DNA of 61,627 nt, counting the filler, from Thermodesulfobacteriota bacterium (GTDB taxonomy: Bacteria > DASVDK01), in the NCBI GenBank assembly GCA_036381125.1. It is 5 parts of 5 records of this genome, joined end to end, with 100 filler letters (N's around TTAATTAATTAA, not from the genome) between each part and the next. Parts side by side here need not be neighbours in the genome. Positions count along the whole stretch, not along the records: positions 36,752 to 54,751 come from DASVDK010000368.1; 4 more parts are not named here. One strand, given 5' to 3'. The position numbers and the translations under genes are program-made. Under the pieces are notes generated by a model. It did not search any database, was not told the origin of the DNA, and saw nothing but the letters and a program-made list of their open reading frames with translations. This document shows, piece by piece, positions 39,833 through 50,654 of the stretch (within the stretch, counting starts at the first letter, position 1; every line of letters starts with the position of its first letter).

Positions 39833-40398
39833 CGCCGCGGGCGCGCCTTGCCGCCGTCGTCGCCGCGGTCCCCCTCCTGCTCGGCGCCGACTGGCCCGAC
39901 CGGACGCTCGACCTCACCGCGCCGCAGCCCTTCCCGATCGAGGGCGACGTCCCGGTCCTGCCGCCGCCGGCCGCTCCGCCCCCCGAGGCGAGCCCCGAGG
40001 CGGCGGGCGTGCCCTCGACGGCGCTGCCGATCGCATCGCCCGGTCCGTCGCCGGCGCGGCCGCTGCCGGTCGCATCGCCCGGTCCGTCGCCGGCAGTCGA
40101 GGCGCCGGTCGCGGCCGTGCCGGCCGCGCCGCCGGGTCCGGTCACGTTCACCGTTCAGGTCGGCGCATTCCGGAACGCCGAGCAGGCGCGTGCGCTGGCC
40201 GCGCGGCTCGTCGCGCGGGGCTACGAGGCGTACGTCGTGACCGTCGACCTCGGCGCACAGGGGGGGCAGGGGGTCTGGCACCGGGTCCGCATCGGCCGCT
40301 TCGCCGACCGGCAGCCGGCCGTCGAGCTGGCGACCCGTCTCGCGGGCGCGGAGCGGGTGCCGGCGCAGGTGCTCCGCGAGGCCGCACCTGCTCCGTGA
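39829..40398 (+). CDS. SPOR-domain protein with a Pro-rich linker
   Basis: Signal-like N-terminus; FTVQVGAFRNAEQA...WHRVRIGRF; the usual argS-SPOR pair. Confidence 0.88.
   Translation: MTPRARLAAVVAAVPLLLGADWPDRTLDLTAPQPFPIEGDVPVLPPPAAPPPEASPEAAGVPSTALPIASPGPSPARPLPVASPGPSPAVEAPVAAVPAAPPGPVTFTVQVGAFRNAEQARALAARLVARGYEAYVVTVDLGAQGGQGVWHRVRIGRFADRQPAVELATRLAGAERVPAQVLREAAPAP
40022..40095. repeat. 39-bp in-frame tandem repeat (about 2 copies) in the SPOR linker
   Basis: CGCTGCCG(A/G)TCGCATCGCCCGGTCCGTCGCCGGC starts at 40022 and again at 40061. Confidence 0.85.
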
Positions 40399-40400
40399 GG

Positions 40401-40429
40401 TTGACACCGGAGGCTGCCGGCGCTACAGT
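40401..40429 (+). promoter_or_regulatory. Sigma70 promoter of tRNA-fMet
   Basis: TTGACA-17nt-TACAGT. Confidence 0.7.
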
Positions 40430-40441
40430 TTCGACACGTGA

Positions 40442-40518
<77 letters not shown>

Positions 40519-40525
40519 ATCACCG

Positions 40526-40564
40526 AACGCCGCCAGGTCATCGACCTGGCGGCGTTTTCGTTTC
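40526..40564 (+). terminator. Rho-independent terminator
   Basis: AACGCCGCCAGGTC-ATC-GACCTGGCGGCGTT followed by TTCGTTT. Confidence 0.88.
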
Positions 40565-40596
40565 ACGCGGCCGCGAGTGACGTCGCCGCGGCAACC

Positions 40597-40725
40597 TCAG
40601 CTTGTCGGGCGCACCCGGGTCCACCGGTCGTCGAACGTCGCGCCGTCGTAGAACGACGTCGCCTTGACGATCCGTCCGTCCTTCAACTCCATGAACCACG
40701 CGCAGGTGTTCACGTACGGCTGTCG
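40597..40725 (-). pseudogene. C-terminal remnant of a SnoaL/NTF2-like gene
   Basis: PYVNTCAWFMELKDGRIVKATSFYDGATFDDRW resembles an NTF2-like C-terminus; no plausible N-terminus. Confidence 0.55.
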
Positions 40726-40866
40726 GCCGCAGTTGGCGGAGCGGCAACCGGCGAAGGGGAGCCCGGGATCCACACCGTCCGGGGAACGTCGCCGGGCGAT
40801 CGGTTGCCTGGGCGAGAGCCGGCCGCGCCGCCGCCGCGGCATACGTGAGCGGTACGCCGCGCGGCG

Positions 40867-41766
40867 TCAGCGGGCCGGGGCGAGGAAGTGCGCCAGGGCC
40901 CCGGCGGTCGCCTCGGGGCGCTCCTCGGGGAAGAAGTGCCCGGCGTCGACGGCGCGACCGCGCACGTCGTCCGCCCAGGCGCGCCAGAGCGCGAGCGGGC
41001 CCCCCGCGTCCGCGTACCACCTCTCGAGCGGCCCGCTGCGGCTCCAGAGGACGAGCAGGGGACGGACGATGCGCCGGCCCGCCCGGCGGTCCGCCTCGTC
41101 GTCCTGCCGGTCGAGCGTCGCGGCGGCCCGGTACTCCTCGCAGATGGCGTGGGTGTGCGCAGGGTCGCCGAGCGGCCGGACGTAGGCGTCCCGCACGTCG
41201 GGATCGAACACCCGGGAAGGAGAGCCCCAGCCGCCGAGGGCGGCGTCGACGACCGCGTCGGGGGCCGCGGACAGGAGTCGCTCCGGCAGCGGCTCGGGCT
41301 GCGCGAGGAGCGACCAGGGCCAGAACGCGTGCGCGAATCGCGCGTCCGCGCGCGCCCAGGCGTCCGCCGTCGGCACGACGTCGAGCACGGCGAGCCGATC
41401 GACCCGTTCCGGGTGGTCGAGCGCCAGGCGGTAGGCGACGCGGCCGCCCCGGTCGTGTCCGACCACCGAGAAGCTCGCGAACCCGAGGCTTCGCATCACG
41501 GCGACCATGTCCCTTGCCATGGCGCGCTTCGAGTACGGCGCGTGGTCGGGCGTGGAGTCGGGGCAACCGCTCCGTCCGTAGCCCCGCAGGTCGGCGCAGA
41601 CGACCGCGAACCGGCGCGCGAGGAGGGGCGCGACGCCCCGCCACATCAGGTGCGTCTGCGGGAAGCCGTGCAGGAGCAGGACCGGCGGGCCGGCGCCGCC
41701 CCGACGCACGAAGATGCGGGTCTCCCCGGTCTCGATCTCGGCCGCCTCGAGGAGTTCGTCGAACAT
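40867..41766 (-). CDS. Alpha/beta hydrolase, haloacetate dehalogenase-like
   Basis: LLLHGFPQTHLMW, DLRGYG, GHDRGGRV (Asp nucleophile), CEEYRA and GHFFPEE. Confidence 0.88.
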   Translation of the reverse strand: MFDELLEAAEIETGETRIFVRRGGAGPPVLLLHGFPQTHLMWRGVAPLLARRFAVVCADLRGYGRSGCPDSTPDHAPYSKRAMARDMVAVMRSLGFASFSVVGHDRGGRVAYRLALDHPERVDRLAVLDVVPTADAWARADARFAHAFWPWSLLAQPEPLPERLLSAAPDAVVDAALGGWGSPSRVFDPDVRDAYVRPLGDPAHTHAICEEYRAAATLDRQDDEADRRAGRRIVRPLLVLWSRSGPLERWYADAGGPLALWRAWADDVRGRAVDAGHFFPEERPEATAGALAHFLAPAR

Positions 41767-42072
41767 CACAGCCTCTCGCAACGGGGCTCGTCGAGAGCCC
41801 GAGCCGGGCCGCCGCCGGCGCCGGCAGCCGGGCGCGAAGCAGGGGCCCGGCCGGCGGTTCGCTGCCCGAGGAGCTCCACCAGTTCGACGAACCCGACCCC
41901 ACTGGATCGCCTTCGCGAGGCGGCCTCCTTCGGTTGCTCGAATCCGGCCGAGGACCGGTTACGGGGCGGCGTGGCGGCCGCCGCGTTCACCCGAGCGGAC
42001 GGGGCCCGCGTCGATCCCCACGCGGACGAGCCCGTACATCGACGACCGCGAGCGAGCGGAACATCCACGCCC

Positions 42073-42189
42073 GAGGGCGTCGAGGTGCCGGGCGAGCGAG
42101 ATCGGCGCGGCGACGTAGTCGATGCCCGAGACGCCGAGGCCGAGGAGGCCCATGCGGGCGTACGACCGGGCGCCGGCCTGGTCGCCGGC
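42073..42189 (-). repeat. 117-bp degenerate copy of the 3' part of the transporter gene at 49351-49467
   Basis: 108/117 identity by manual alignment, same orientation, offset 7278 bp. Confidence 0.9.
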
Positions 42190-42293
42190 GCCGGGCTGCG
42201 CCTGCACGACTGGTACAATGCGCTACGTTCGACGCGGCACGATCCTTTCCTCCGCGGTTGCTGCACCTGCGACACGAGGTGATCCCGGCGAAC

Positions 42294-45215
42294 ATGTCGG
42301 ATGCCCTGCTCCTGACGACCGTGATCGTCCTGCCGTTCGCGGGGAGCCTCGCCGCCGCCCTGTTCCCGACCAACGCCCGCAACGCCGAGGCCTGGTTGGC
42401 CGGCGCCGTCGCGCTCGCCGGCCTGGTCGTGACCTCGCTCTTCTATGCGGACGTGGCCGATGGACGGGTGGTCCGCGTCGAGTTCGACTGGCTGCCGCAG
42501 TTCGGCCTCGCGTTCGTGCTCCGATTGGACGGGTTCGCCTGGACGTTCGCGGTTCTCGTCGCCGGCATCGGTCTGCTGGTCGTGCTGTATGCCCGCTACT
42601 ACATGTCGCCGGCCGACCCGGTGCCGCGCTTCTTCGCCTACCTGTTGGCGTTCATGGGCGCGATGCTCGGCGTCGTGCTGTCGGGCAACCTGATCCAGCT
42701 CGTCTTCTTCTGGGAGCTGACGAGCCTCTTCTCGTTCCTCCTGATCGGTTACTGGCACCACAGGCCGAGCGCGCGGGACGCCGCGCGCGTCGCCCTCACG
42801 GTGACGGCCGCGGGTGGGCTCTGCCTGCTCGCCGGCGTCCTCGTCCTGGGGCACGTCGTCGGCGGCTACGACCTGGACCGCGTGCTCGCCTCCGGCGACC
42901 GGATCGTGTCCCATCCGCTCTACCCGGCGGTCCTGATCCTGGTCCTCGTCGGCGCCTTCACCAAGAGCGCGCAGGTCCCGTTCCAGTTCTGGCTGCCGCG
43001 CGCGATGGCCGCCCCGACGCCGGTGTCCGCCTACCTGCACTCGGCGACCCTGGTGAAGGCCGGCGTGTTCGTCCTGGCGCGGCTCTGGCCGGTGATGTCG
43101 GGGAGCGAGTACTGGTTCTGGCTCGTGGCGACGACCGGCGTCGCCACGATGCTGCTGGGGGCCTTCCTGGCGCTCTTCCAGCACGACCTGAAGGGCCTGC
43201 TCGCCTATTCCACCATCAGCCATCTCGGGCTGATCACGCTCCTGCTCGGTCTCGGCAGCCCGCCCGGCATGGTCGCCGCGGTCTTCCACACGCTGAACCA
43301 CGCGACCTTCAAGGCGTCGCTCTTCATGGCCGCGGGCGTCATCGACCACGAGGCCGGGACCCGCGACATCCGCCGGCTCGGGGGGCTCCACCGAGCCATG
43401 CCGATCACCGCGGCGCTGGCCACGGTCGCCGCCGCCGCCATGGCCGGCGTGCCCCTGCTGAACGGCTTCCTGTCGAAGGAGATGTTCTTCACCGAGACCA
43501 TCGAGACCCACGTCGACTCGGCGCTCGACGACGCGCTGCCGTTCGTCGCGACGGTCGCGGGGATGTTCACCGTCGCCTATTCGCTTCGATTCATCCACCA
43601 GGTCTTCTTCGGCCCGCCGGCGACCGACCTGCCGCGAAAGCCGCACGAGCCGCCGCGCTGGATGCTGGTGCCCATCGCGGTCCTCGCGCTGGCCTGCGTC
43701 CTGGTCGGCATCTTCCCGGGCCGAACCGTGGGCCCCATCCTCGCCACGGCCCTCCCGGCCGTGCTCGGCACGGAACCGCCCGCGTACAGCCTCGCTATCT
43801 GGCACGGCGTCACGCTCGCGCTCGTCATGAGCGTCGCCGCGCTCGCGGGCGGCGTGGTCGTCTATCTCCTCCTGCAGGGGTATCTGTCGCGCAGCGCCGA
43901 GGGGGCGCCGCTTCTGCGCGCCCTCGAGGGCAGGCGGATCTTCGAGCGGGCGCTCGTCGCGCTGTCCTGGCGGTGGGGCCGCGCCCTCGAGGAGCGGCTC
44001 GGGACGCGCCGCCTGCAGCCGCAGTTGCGGCTCCTGGTCGGTGCGGCCATCGCGGCAGCCGCCTGGCCGCTCTCGGTCCGCGCCGTCGGGTGGGCGCCGT
44101 TCGCCTGGTCGGGCGTCGACGTCGCCTTCCTGCTGCTCTGGGTCGTCGGGGGCGCGTGTGCCGTCGGGGCGGCGCGGCAGGCGAAGTACCACCGGTTCGC
44201 CGCCCTCGTCATGACGGGCGGCGCGGGCCTCGTTACCTGTGTCACCTTCGCCTGGTTCTCCGCCCCGGACCTCGCGCTCACGCAGGTGCTGGTCGAGATC
44301 GTCACGACGGTGCTCCTCCTGCTCGGCCTGCGGTGGCTGCCGAAGCGTCGGGAGGAGATCCCGGCGTCGAGGACGGCGGCGGCCCGGCTGCGCCGGCTGG
44401 GCGACCTCGCCATCGCGACCGTCGCCGGCGCCGGCCTCGCGGCGCTCGCCTACGCGGTGATGACCCGGCCGCTTGCCGACTCGATCGCCAGGCGCTTCCT
44501 CGACGACGCCTATACCGAGGGCGGGGGCCGGAACGTCGTCAACGTGATCCTGGTCGACTTCCGCGGCTTCGACACCCTCGGCGAGATCACCGTGCTCGGG
44601 ACCGTCGCGCTCACCGTCTACGCGCTGCTGCGCCGCTTCCGCCCGGCGCCGGACAGCGTCGAGCCCCCCGAGGCGCAGCGCGTCGCGGGCGCGCGCCCGG
44701 CCGACCACCCGGAGCAGGAAGGGGAGGAGAAGATTGCCGCGCCTCTCCTGGTGCCGGGCCTGATCGCACGGCTCCTCTTCCCCGTGATCGCGCTGGTGGC
44801 GGTCTTCCTCTTCCTGCGGGGGCACGACATGCCGGGGGGCGGCTTCGTGGCCGGCCTGACGCTCGCGATCGGGATCGTCGTGCTCTACATCGTGGCCGGC
44901 ACCCGGTGGGTGGAGGCGCGACTGCGGGTGCTTCCCGCGCGATGGATCGGCGCGGGCCTCCTGATCGCGGCCGGCACGGGGGCGGGCGCCTGGGTCTTCG
45001 GCTATCCGTTCCTGACCTCGGCCTCGGCTCACGCCGACCTGCCGGTCGTCGGCCGCGTGCCGATGGCGACGGCGCTCCTGTTCGACGCCGGCGTGCTCGC
45101 GCTGGTCTTCGGCACGACCGTTCTGGTCCTGATCGCGCTCGCCCACCAGTCGATCCGCGTCCGTCGCGCGGCGGCCGCCCCGAAGGCCGAGGTCCAGGCC
45201 GGGCGAGGGGCGTGA
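42294..45215 (+). CDS. mrpA: Monovalent cation/H+ antiporter subunit A (MrpA-MrpB fusion, PhaAB type)
   Basis: FTKSAQVPFQFWLP.AMAAPTPVSAYLHSAT and NVILVDFRGFDT; MrpB-like LRGHDMPGGGF at the C-terminus. Confidence 0.95.
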   Translation: MSDALLLTTVIVLPFAGSLAAALFPTNARNAEAWLAGAVALAGLVVTSLFYADVADGRVVRVEFDWLPQFGLAFVLRLDGFAWTFAVLVAGIGLLVVLYARYYMSPADPVPRFFAYLLAFMGAMLGVVLSGNLIQLVFFWELTSLFSFLLIGYWHHRPSARDAARVALTVTAAGGLCLLAGVLVLGHVVGGYDLDRVLASGDRIVSHPLYPAVLILVLVGAFTKSAQVPFQFWLPRAMAAPTPVSAYLHSATLVKAGVFVLARLWPVMSGSEYWFWLVATTGVATMLLGAFLALFQHDLKGLLAYSTISHLGLITLLLGLGSPPGMVAAVFHTLNHATFKASLFMAAGVIDHEAGTRDIRRLGGLHRAMPITAALATVAAAAMAGVPLLNGFLSKEMFFTETIETHVDSALDDALPFVATVAGMFTVAYSLRFIHQVFFGPPATDLPRKPHEPPRWMLVPIAVLALACVLVGIFPGRTVGPILATALPAVLGTEPPAYSLAIWHGVTLALVMSVAALAGGVVVYLLLQGYLSRSAEGAPLLRALEGRRIFERALVALSWRWGRALEERLGTRRLQPQLRLLVGAAIAAAAWPLSVRAVGWAPFAWSGVDVAFLLLWVVGGACAVGAARQAKYHRFAALVMTGGAGLVTCVTFAWFSAPDLALTQVLVEIVTTVLLLLGLRWLPKRREEIPASRTAAARLRRLGDLAIATVAGAGLAALAYAVMTRPLADSIARRFLDDAYTEGGGRNVVNVILVDFRGFDTLGEITVLGTVALTVYALLRRFRPAPDSVEPPEAQRVAGARPADHPEQEGEEKIAAPLLVPGLIARLLFPVIALVAVFLFLRGHDMPGGGFVAGLTLAIGIVVLYIVAGTRWVEARLRVLPARWIGAGLLIAAGTGAGAWVFGYPFLTSASAHADLPVVGRVPMATALLFDAGVLALVFGTTVLVLIALAHQSIRVRRAAAAPKAEVQAGRGA

Positions 45216-45559
45216 TGGAGGTCGTCGTCGCGGCCGGCATCGGGGTCCTGACCGCGTCGGGCGTCTACCTGATGCTGCGGCCGCGGACGTTCCAGGTGAT
45301 CATAGGGCTGTCGCTCCTGTCCTACGCCGTGAACCTCTTCATCTTCGGCATGGGGCGGCTTCGGACGGGCGCGCCGCCCATCCTCGATCCGGGGGGCACA
45401 GGCGATCTCGCGCGCTACGCCGATCCGCTGCCGCAGGCGCTGGTGCTGACGGCCATCGTCATCAGCTTCGCGATGACCGCGCTCTTCCTCGTGCTGTTGC
45501 TCGCGGCCCGCGGTCTCACCGGAACCGACCACGTCGACGGGCGGGAGCCGGGACCATGA
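45215..45559 (+). CDS. mrpC: Cation/H+ antiporter subunit C
   Basis: DPLPQALVLTAIVISFA; TGATG coupling. Confidence 0.93.
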   Translation: MEVVVAAGIGVLTASGVYLMLRPRTFQVIIGLSLLSYAVNLFIFGMGRLRTGAPPILDPGGTGDLARYADPLPQALVLTAIVISFAMTALFLVLLLAARGLTGTDHVDGREPGP

Positions 45560-47184
45560 GCTGGACCGATCACCTGATCATGCTGCCCGTGGTGGTTCCG
45601 CTCGTCGCCGGCGGGCTCGCGCTCCTGGTCGACGACGCCAGGGTGAAGGCGGCGCTCGGGATCGCCTCGACCGCGATCGTGCTCGCGGCGGCGATCGGCG
45701 TACTCCGGCTCGTCGACGGCGCCGGGGCGGGCGGACCGGCGATCGGCGTCTACCTCCTGGGGAACTGGCCCGCGCCGTTCGGCATCGTGCTGGTCGCGGA
45801 CCGGCTCGCCGCCGTGATGCTCGTGCTCACCGCCGTCCTCGCCGGCGCCGCCCTGACGTTCGCCCTGGCCCGCTGGCATCGCGCCGGCAGCCACTTCCAC
45901 TCGCTCTTCCAGTTCCAGGTGATGGGGATCAACGGCGCGTTCCTGACCGGCGACCTCTTCAACCTCTTCGTCTTCTTCGAGGTGCTGCTCGCCGCCTCCT
46001 ACGGGCTCGCGCTGCACGGCTCGGGGGTCGCGCGGATCAGGGCCGGCCTGCACTACGTCACGGTCAACCTCGCCGCCTCGTTCCTGTTCCTGATCGGCGT
46101 GAGCCTGATGTACGGCGTCACGGGCACGCTCAACATGGCCGACCTCGCCGTCCGCATCCCGCGCCTGGCGGGCGGGGACCGGGTGCTCCTCGAGGTCGGC
46201 GCCGCCGTGCTCGGCCTCGCGTTCCTGGTCAAGGCGGCCATGTGGCCCCTGAACTTCTGGCTTGCCGGCACCTATGCCGCCGCGAGCCCGCCGGTGGCGG
46301 CCCTCTTCGCGATCCTGACCAAGGTGGGCGTCTACGCGGTGCTGAGGCTCGCGCTCTTGCTGTCCGGCGGTGACGCCCCGCCGGCGGGCCTCCTCGCCGG
46401 CGAGTGGCTGCTGGTCGGGGGGGTGGTGACCGTCGCCGTCGGGGCGATCGGCGCGATCGCCTCGCAGACGATGACGAGGCTCGCCGCGTTCAACGTCCTC
46501 GTGTCGTCCGGGACGACCCTCGCCGTCATCGGCCGGGCGGACCCGGTCGTCGTCGGCGGCGCGCTCTTCTACCTCGTCAGCTCCACCCTCGGGATCGCCG
46601 CGTTCTTCCTCCTCGTCGAGCTGCTCGAGCGGGGGCGCACGCCCGCCGACGACATGCTGGCGGTGACGCTCGAGGCGTTCGGTGAGGCCGATCGGGACGA
46701 GGTCGACGCCGAGGACGTCGGCGTGGCGGTGCCGGTGACCATGGGGCTCCTCGGCGCCGGCTTCGTCTGCTGTGCGATGCTGCTGGCCGGGCTGCCGCCG
46801 CTGTCGGGATTCCTCGCGAAGTTCGCCATCCTGTCCGCGCTGTTCGACGTGCGGGCGCCGGGGGCCGGTACGCGCGTCCCGGCGACCGCGTGGCTGCTCC
46901 TCGCGACGCTCCTCCTGTCGGGGTTCGCCATCCTGATCGCCATGATGCGGGCGGGCGTCCGGTCGCTGTGGCTGACCGCCGACCGCGAGGTGCCGCGCGT
47001 GCGGCTGACCGAGCTGGCGCCGATCGCGCTGCTGCTCGGCCTCTCCTTCACGCTGACCGCGCAGGCCGGGCCGGTGATGCGCTACATGCAGGCGACCGCC
47101 GAGGGCCTGTACGCGCCCGACGCCTACGTCCGCGGCGTCCTGGCGGCGCCGCCCGCCGCGCCGGGCGAGGGGGGCGGCCGGTGA
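45556..47184 (+). CDS. mrpD: Cation/H+ antiporter subunit D
   Basis: [27 protein letters not shown] and TKVGVY. Confidence 0.95.
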   Translation: MSWTDHLIMLPVVVPLVAGGLALLVDDARVKAALGIASTAIVLAAAIGVLRLVDGAGAGGPAIGVYLLGNWPAPFGIVLVADRLAAVMLVLTAVLAGAALTFALARWHRAGSHFHSLFQFQVMGINGAFLTGDLFNLFVFFEVLLAASYGLALHGSGVARIRAGLHYVTVNLAASFLFLIGVSLMYGVTGTLNMADLAVRIPRLAGGDRVLLEVGAAVLGLAFLVKAAMWPLNFWLAGTYAAASPPVAALFAILTKVGVYAVLRLALLLSGGDAPPAGLLAGEWLLVGGVVTVAVGAIGAIASQTMTRLAAFNVLVSSGTTLAVIGRADPVVVGGALFYLVSSTLGIAAFFLLVELLERGRTPADDMLAVTLEAFGEADRDEVDAEDVGVAVPVTMGLLGAGFVCCAMLLAGLPPLSGFLAKFAILSALFDVRAPGAGTRVPATAWLLLATLLLSGFAILIAMMRAGVRSLWLTADREVPRVRLTELAPIALLLGLSFTLTAQAGPVMRYMQATAEGLYAPDAYVRGVLAAPPAAPGEGGGR

Positions 47185-47666
47185 CGCGGTGGCTGCCGTC
47201 TCCGCTGGCGTCGGCGTCGCTCCTCGCGACGTGGCTGCTGCTCAACCAGAGCCTGTCGGCGGGCCACGTCATCGTCGGCGGCGTGCTGGCGCTGGTCGGC
47301 CCGCGGGTGCTCGCGGCGCTCGACCTGCCGGCGGGTGCGGTCCGGCGTCCGGGTGCGATCGCGCGGCTGTCGCTCCGCGTGGCAACCGACGTCGTGCGAT
47401 CCAACATCGCCGTGGCGCGGCTCGTCCTCGGTCCGCGGCGCCGCCGGCGGTCCGGGTTCGTGGCCGTTCCGCTCACCCTGCGCAACCCCTACGGCCTCGC
47501 CGTGCTCGCCTGCATCATCACGGCGACGCCGGGGACGGTCTGGGTGGGCTTCGACGCCGCCCGGGGCATCCTCGTCATCCACGTGTTCGACCTGATCGAC
47601 GAGGCGGAGTGGGTGCGCATCATCACGCACCGGTACGAGCGCCCGTTGAGGGAGATCTTCGAGTGA
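47181..47666 (+). CDS. mrpE: Cation/H+ antiporter subunit E
   Basis: [14 protein letters not shown] and [15 protein letters not shown] coupling. Confidence 0.9.
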   Translation: MTRWLPSPLASASLLATWLLLNQSLSAGHVIVGGVLALVGPRVLAALDLPAGAVRRPGAIARLSLRVATDVVRSNIAVARLVLGPRRRRRSGFVAVPLTLRNPYGLAVLACIITATPGTVWVGFDAARGILVIHVFDLIDEAEWVRIITHRYERPLREIFE

Positions 47667-47944
47667 GTCCGTTCCTCTTCGGCTGGGCCCTGACCGTCGG
47701 CCAGGTCTGCCTGGCGCTCGCGATGGCCGCCGCGGCCTTCCGCATCCTCCGCGGACCGCGCGCGCAGGACCGCGTCCTCGCCCTCGACGCGCTCTACGTC
47801 GACGCCATGCTCCTGTTGCTCACCGTCGGCATCCGGTCGGGGACCACCGCCTACGTCGAGGTGGCGCTGGTGATCGGGCTCCTCGGGTTCGTGGCGACCG
47901 TCGCCCTGGCGAAGTTCCTGATGCGGGGCGAGGTGATCGAATGA
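47663..47944 (+). CDS. mrpF: Cation/H+ antiporter subunit F
   Basis: [16 protein letters not shown] and [11 protein letters not shown]. Confidence 0.9.
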   Translation: MSPFLFGWALTVGQVCLALAMAAAAFRILRGPRAQDRVLALDALYVDAMLLLLTVGIRSGTTAYVEVALVIGLLGFVATVALAKFLMRGEVIE

Positions 47945-48327
47945 CGCCGCCGGGCGAGGTGCCGACCTGGGCGGCGCTCCTGATCGGGCTCCTGGTCGTG
48001 CTCGGCTCGGGGGTCACGCTGATCGGGTGTCTCGGCTTCCTGCGCCTCGGCACCTTCTACGACCGGGTCCATCCTCCGACCCTCGGCACGACCGTCGGTG
48101 CGGCCTGCGTCGTCCTGGCCTCGATCGTCCACGTCTCGGTCGTGTACGGGCGGCCGACGGTCGGGCAGGTCCTGATCGTCCTGTTCGTGACCGTGACGAC
48201 CCCGGTCACGTTGATGCTCCTGGTCCGGGCGGCGGTGTCCCGGGATCGCCGCGAAGACCGGGACCCGATCGGGGAGCCGGCCCCCCCGCACGCGCGGCCC
48301 GAGGAGCGGGCCAACCGTCGCGCGTAG
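47941..48327 (+). CDS. mrpG: Cation/H+ antiporter subunit G
   Basis: [13 protein letters not shown] and TTPV. Confidence 0.9.
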   Translation: MTPPGEVPTWAALLIGLLVVLGSGVTLIGCLGFLRLGTFYDRVHPPTLGTTVGAACVVLASIVHVSVVYGRPTVGQVLIVLFVTVTTPVTLMLLVRAAVSRDRREDRDPIGEPAPPHARPEERANRRA

Positions 48328-48332
48328 TGGCC

Positions 48333-49307
48333 ATGGTCCCGCTCTCGATCCTCGACCTCGTCCGCATCACCGAGGGCTCCGGCGTCCGCGCGGCGCTCGA
48401 CAACGCGCGCGACCTCGCCCGCCACGCCGAAGGGTGGGGCTACCGCCGCTTCTGGGTGGCGGAGCACCACAACATCCCGAGCATCGCCAGCGCGGCGACG
48501 TCGCTCGTCATCGCGCACGTCGCGGCCGGCACGCGCACGATCCGCGTCGGGGCCGGCGGCATCATGCTGCCCAACCACTCGCCGCTCGTCATCGCCGAGC
48601 AGTTCGGGACGCTCGCCCACCTCTTCCCGGGTCGCATCGACCTCGGGCTGGGCCGCGCGCCGGGAACCGATCCGCTGACCGTCCAGGCGCTGCGCCGCCC
48701 GCCCGACGCGGCGGAGCGCTTCCCCGAGGACGTGCTCGAGCTCGAGGCGCTTCTCGCCCCGGCGAGTCCGGGACAGCGCATCCAGGCCATCCCGGGCGTG
48801 GGGACGGACGTGCCGCTCTGGATCCTCGGGTCGAGCACCTTCGGCGCGGCGCTCGCGGCCGAGCTCGGCCTGCCGTACGCGTTCGCCTCGCACTTCGCGC
48901 CCGAGCTGCTCCTGCAGGCCCTCGCCCTCTACCGCAGCCGCTTCAAGCCGTCGCGGCAGCTCGACCGGCCCTACGCCATGGTCGGCGTGAACGTCATCGC
49001 CGCCGAGACGGACGCCGAGGCGCGCCGGCTCTGGACCACGCAGCAGATGGCCTTCACCGACGTCTTCCGGGGGGCCCGCGGGCCGAGCCGTCCGCCCATC
49101 GACGACATCGAGCGCTACTGGACGCCGAGGGAGAAGCCGCTGGTCATGGCCATGCTCGCCCGCTCGATCGTCGGCTCCCCGCGCACGGTCCGCGCGGGCA
49201 TCGACGCGCTCGTTGCCGAGACCGGCGCCGACGAGCTGATCGTCGTCTCGGACGTCTACGACCACGCGGCGCGGCTGCGCTCCTTCGAGCTCATCGCCGC
49301 CCGGTAG
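48333..49307 (+). CDS. Luciferase-like (LLM class) flavin-dependent oxidoreductase
   Basis: [41 protein letters not shown] and FASHFAP. Confidence 0.93.
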   Translation: MVPLSILDLVRITEGSGVRAALDNARDLARHAEGWGYRRFWVAEHHNIPSIASAATSLVIAHVAAGTRTIRVGAGGIMLPNHSPLVIAEQFGTLAHLFPGRIDLGLGRAPGTDPLTVQALRRPPDAAERFPEDVLELEALLAPASPGQRIQAIPGVGTDVPLWILGSSTFGAALAAELGLPYAFASHFAPELLLQALALYRSRFKPSRQLDRPYAMVGVNVIAAETDAEARRLWTTQQMAFTDVFRGARGPSRPPIDDIERYWTPREKPLVMAMLARSIVGSPRTVRAGIDALVAETGADELIVVSDVYDHAARLRSFELIAAR

Positions 49308-50637
49308 GGCGGTCCCCCCTCGCCATCGCCTCCTGGCGCCGCCCGAGCCAGAGGGCGTTGAGGAGCCAGGCGAGCGAGATCGGCACGGCGACGAGGCCGA
49401 TGCCCGAGACGCCGAGGCCGAGGAGGCCCATGAGGGCGTACGACCAGGCGCCGGCCTGGTCGCCGGCACGGTAGACGAACGTGTCGATGAAGCTCTTGGC
49501 CTTGTACTTGTCCTCCCGCCCGAGGACCGTGAAGAGGATCTCGCGGGTCGGGCGGGCGACGGCGAAGTTGCCGGCGCGGCGCAGGACCTGGAAGGCGACG
49601 ATCACCGCGAGCGTCGGCGCGACGCCGAGCGCGAGGAAGCCGAGGACGCTCAGCGCGGGGAGCAGCGTCAGCGTGAGGGCCACGCCGAGCGCCGCGAGCA
49701 CCCGGCCGGTCACGAACACCTGGGCGAGCAGGGTGAGGGTGTTGACGGCGAGGTCGACGTTGGCGAAGAAGACGGTCCGAGCGGCGCGGTCGGCGAAGCT
49801 CTCGGCCACGATGCTCGCCTGCTGGAAGTAGAGGAAGGTGGACAGGACCGTGAAGAGGAGCATGTAGAGGCTGATGTTGAGCAGGTAGGGCGACCGGACC
49901 GCCTGGACGAGCCCGGCCAGCGCCGAGCCGCCGATGGCCGCGGCGTCCGGGTCGCCCGCCTCGCGCGCGTCGTGGAGGCGGTGGGACAGGCGCGAGAGGC
50001 GCCGCACGCTGAGGACGGCGACCTCGAGGAGGACGACCGACAGGAGCAGCAGGGCCGCCGGGCCGAGGAGGCCGACGAGCGTGGAGGTCAGCAGCGAGCC
50101 GGCGATCCCGCCGAGCGTCCCCCCGGCGGCGATGAAGCCGAAGAGCCGCCGGCTCTGGCCCGAATCGAAGACGTCGACCATCAGGGCCCAGAAGATCGAG
50201 ACCACGAAGAGGTTGAAGACCGCGGTCCAGACGTAGAAGGCGCGGCCCACCCACGCGTGCACGGCGCCGGTCGAGAGCACGAACAGCGCGAGGAAGAGGA
50301 CCAGGTTCGCCATGAAGAACCGGTAGGTGACCGCGATGAACCGGACGCGCGCGAGCCGCGAGACGAGCAGGCCGAAGAGCGGGTTGGCGGCGGCCATTGC
50401 GACGAGCGTCCCGGTGAAGAGCCACGGCAGGTTGGCGACGCCGCCGGCCACGCCCGCCTCGTCGCGGATGGGGCGGATCACGTAGTACGCCGAGAGGATC
50501 GAGAAGAAGTAGACCCAGGCCCAGGCGAGGGCCGGGGCCTCCCCGGGGCGCACGTCGACCACGCGGCGAAGGACCCGCGGCAGCGGGCCGCTCGGGGCAG
50601 GGGGATCGGTCACGGGGTCTTCGCTCACGGCAGGCAT
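49291..50637 (-). CDS. NTT/AAA (ATP:ADP antiporter-like) MFS transporter
   Basis: [30 protein letters not shown] and [17 protein letters not shown]; start at ATG 50637 or GTG 50628. Confidence 0.85.
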   Translation of the reverse strand: MPAVSEDPVTDPPAPSGPLPRVLRRVVDVRPGEAPALAWAWVYFFSILSAYYVIRPIRDEAGVAGGVANLPWLFTGTLVAMAAANPLFGLLVSRLARVRFIAVTYRFFMANLVLFLALFVLSTGAVHAWVGRAFYVWTAVFNLFVVSIFWALMVDVFDSGQSRRLFGFIAAGGTLGGIAGSLLTSTLVGLLGPAALLLLSVVLLEVAVLSVRRLSRLSHRLHDAREAGDPDAAAIGGSALAGLVQAVRSPYLLNISLYMLLFTVLSTFLYFQQASIVAESFADRAARTVFFANVDLAVNTLTLLAQVFVTGRVLAALGVALTLTLLPALSVLGFLALGVAPTLAVIVAFQVLRRAGNFAVARPTREILFTVLGREDKYKAKSFIDTFVYRAGDQAGAWSYALMGLLGLGVSGIGLVAVPISLAWLLNALWLGRRQEAMARGDRPTGRR

Positions 50638-50654
50638 CCCCTCGCGGTCCGGCT

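Noticed and set aside
40845-42293. N-terminal extension of MrpA in the 1456-aa ORF
   Set aside because: It overlaps the antisense hydrolase and the repeat relic; MrpA homology starts at ATG 42294
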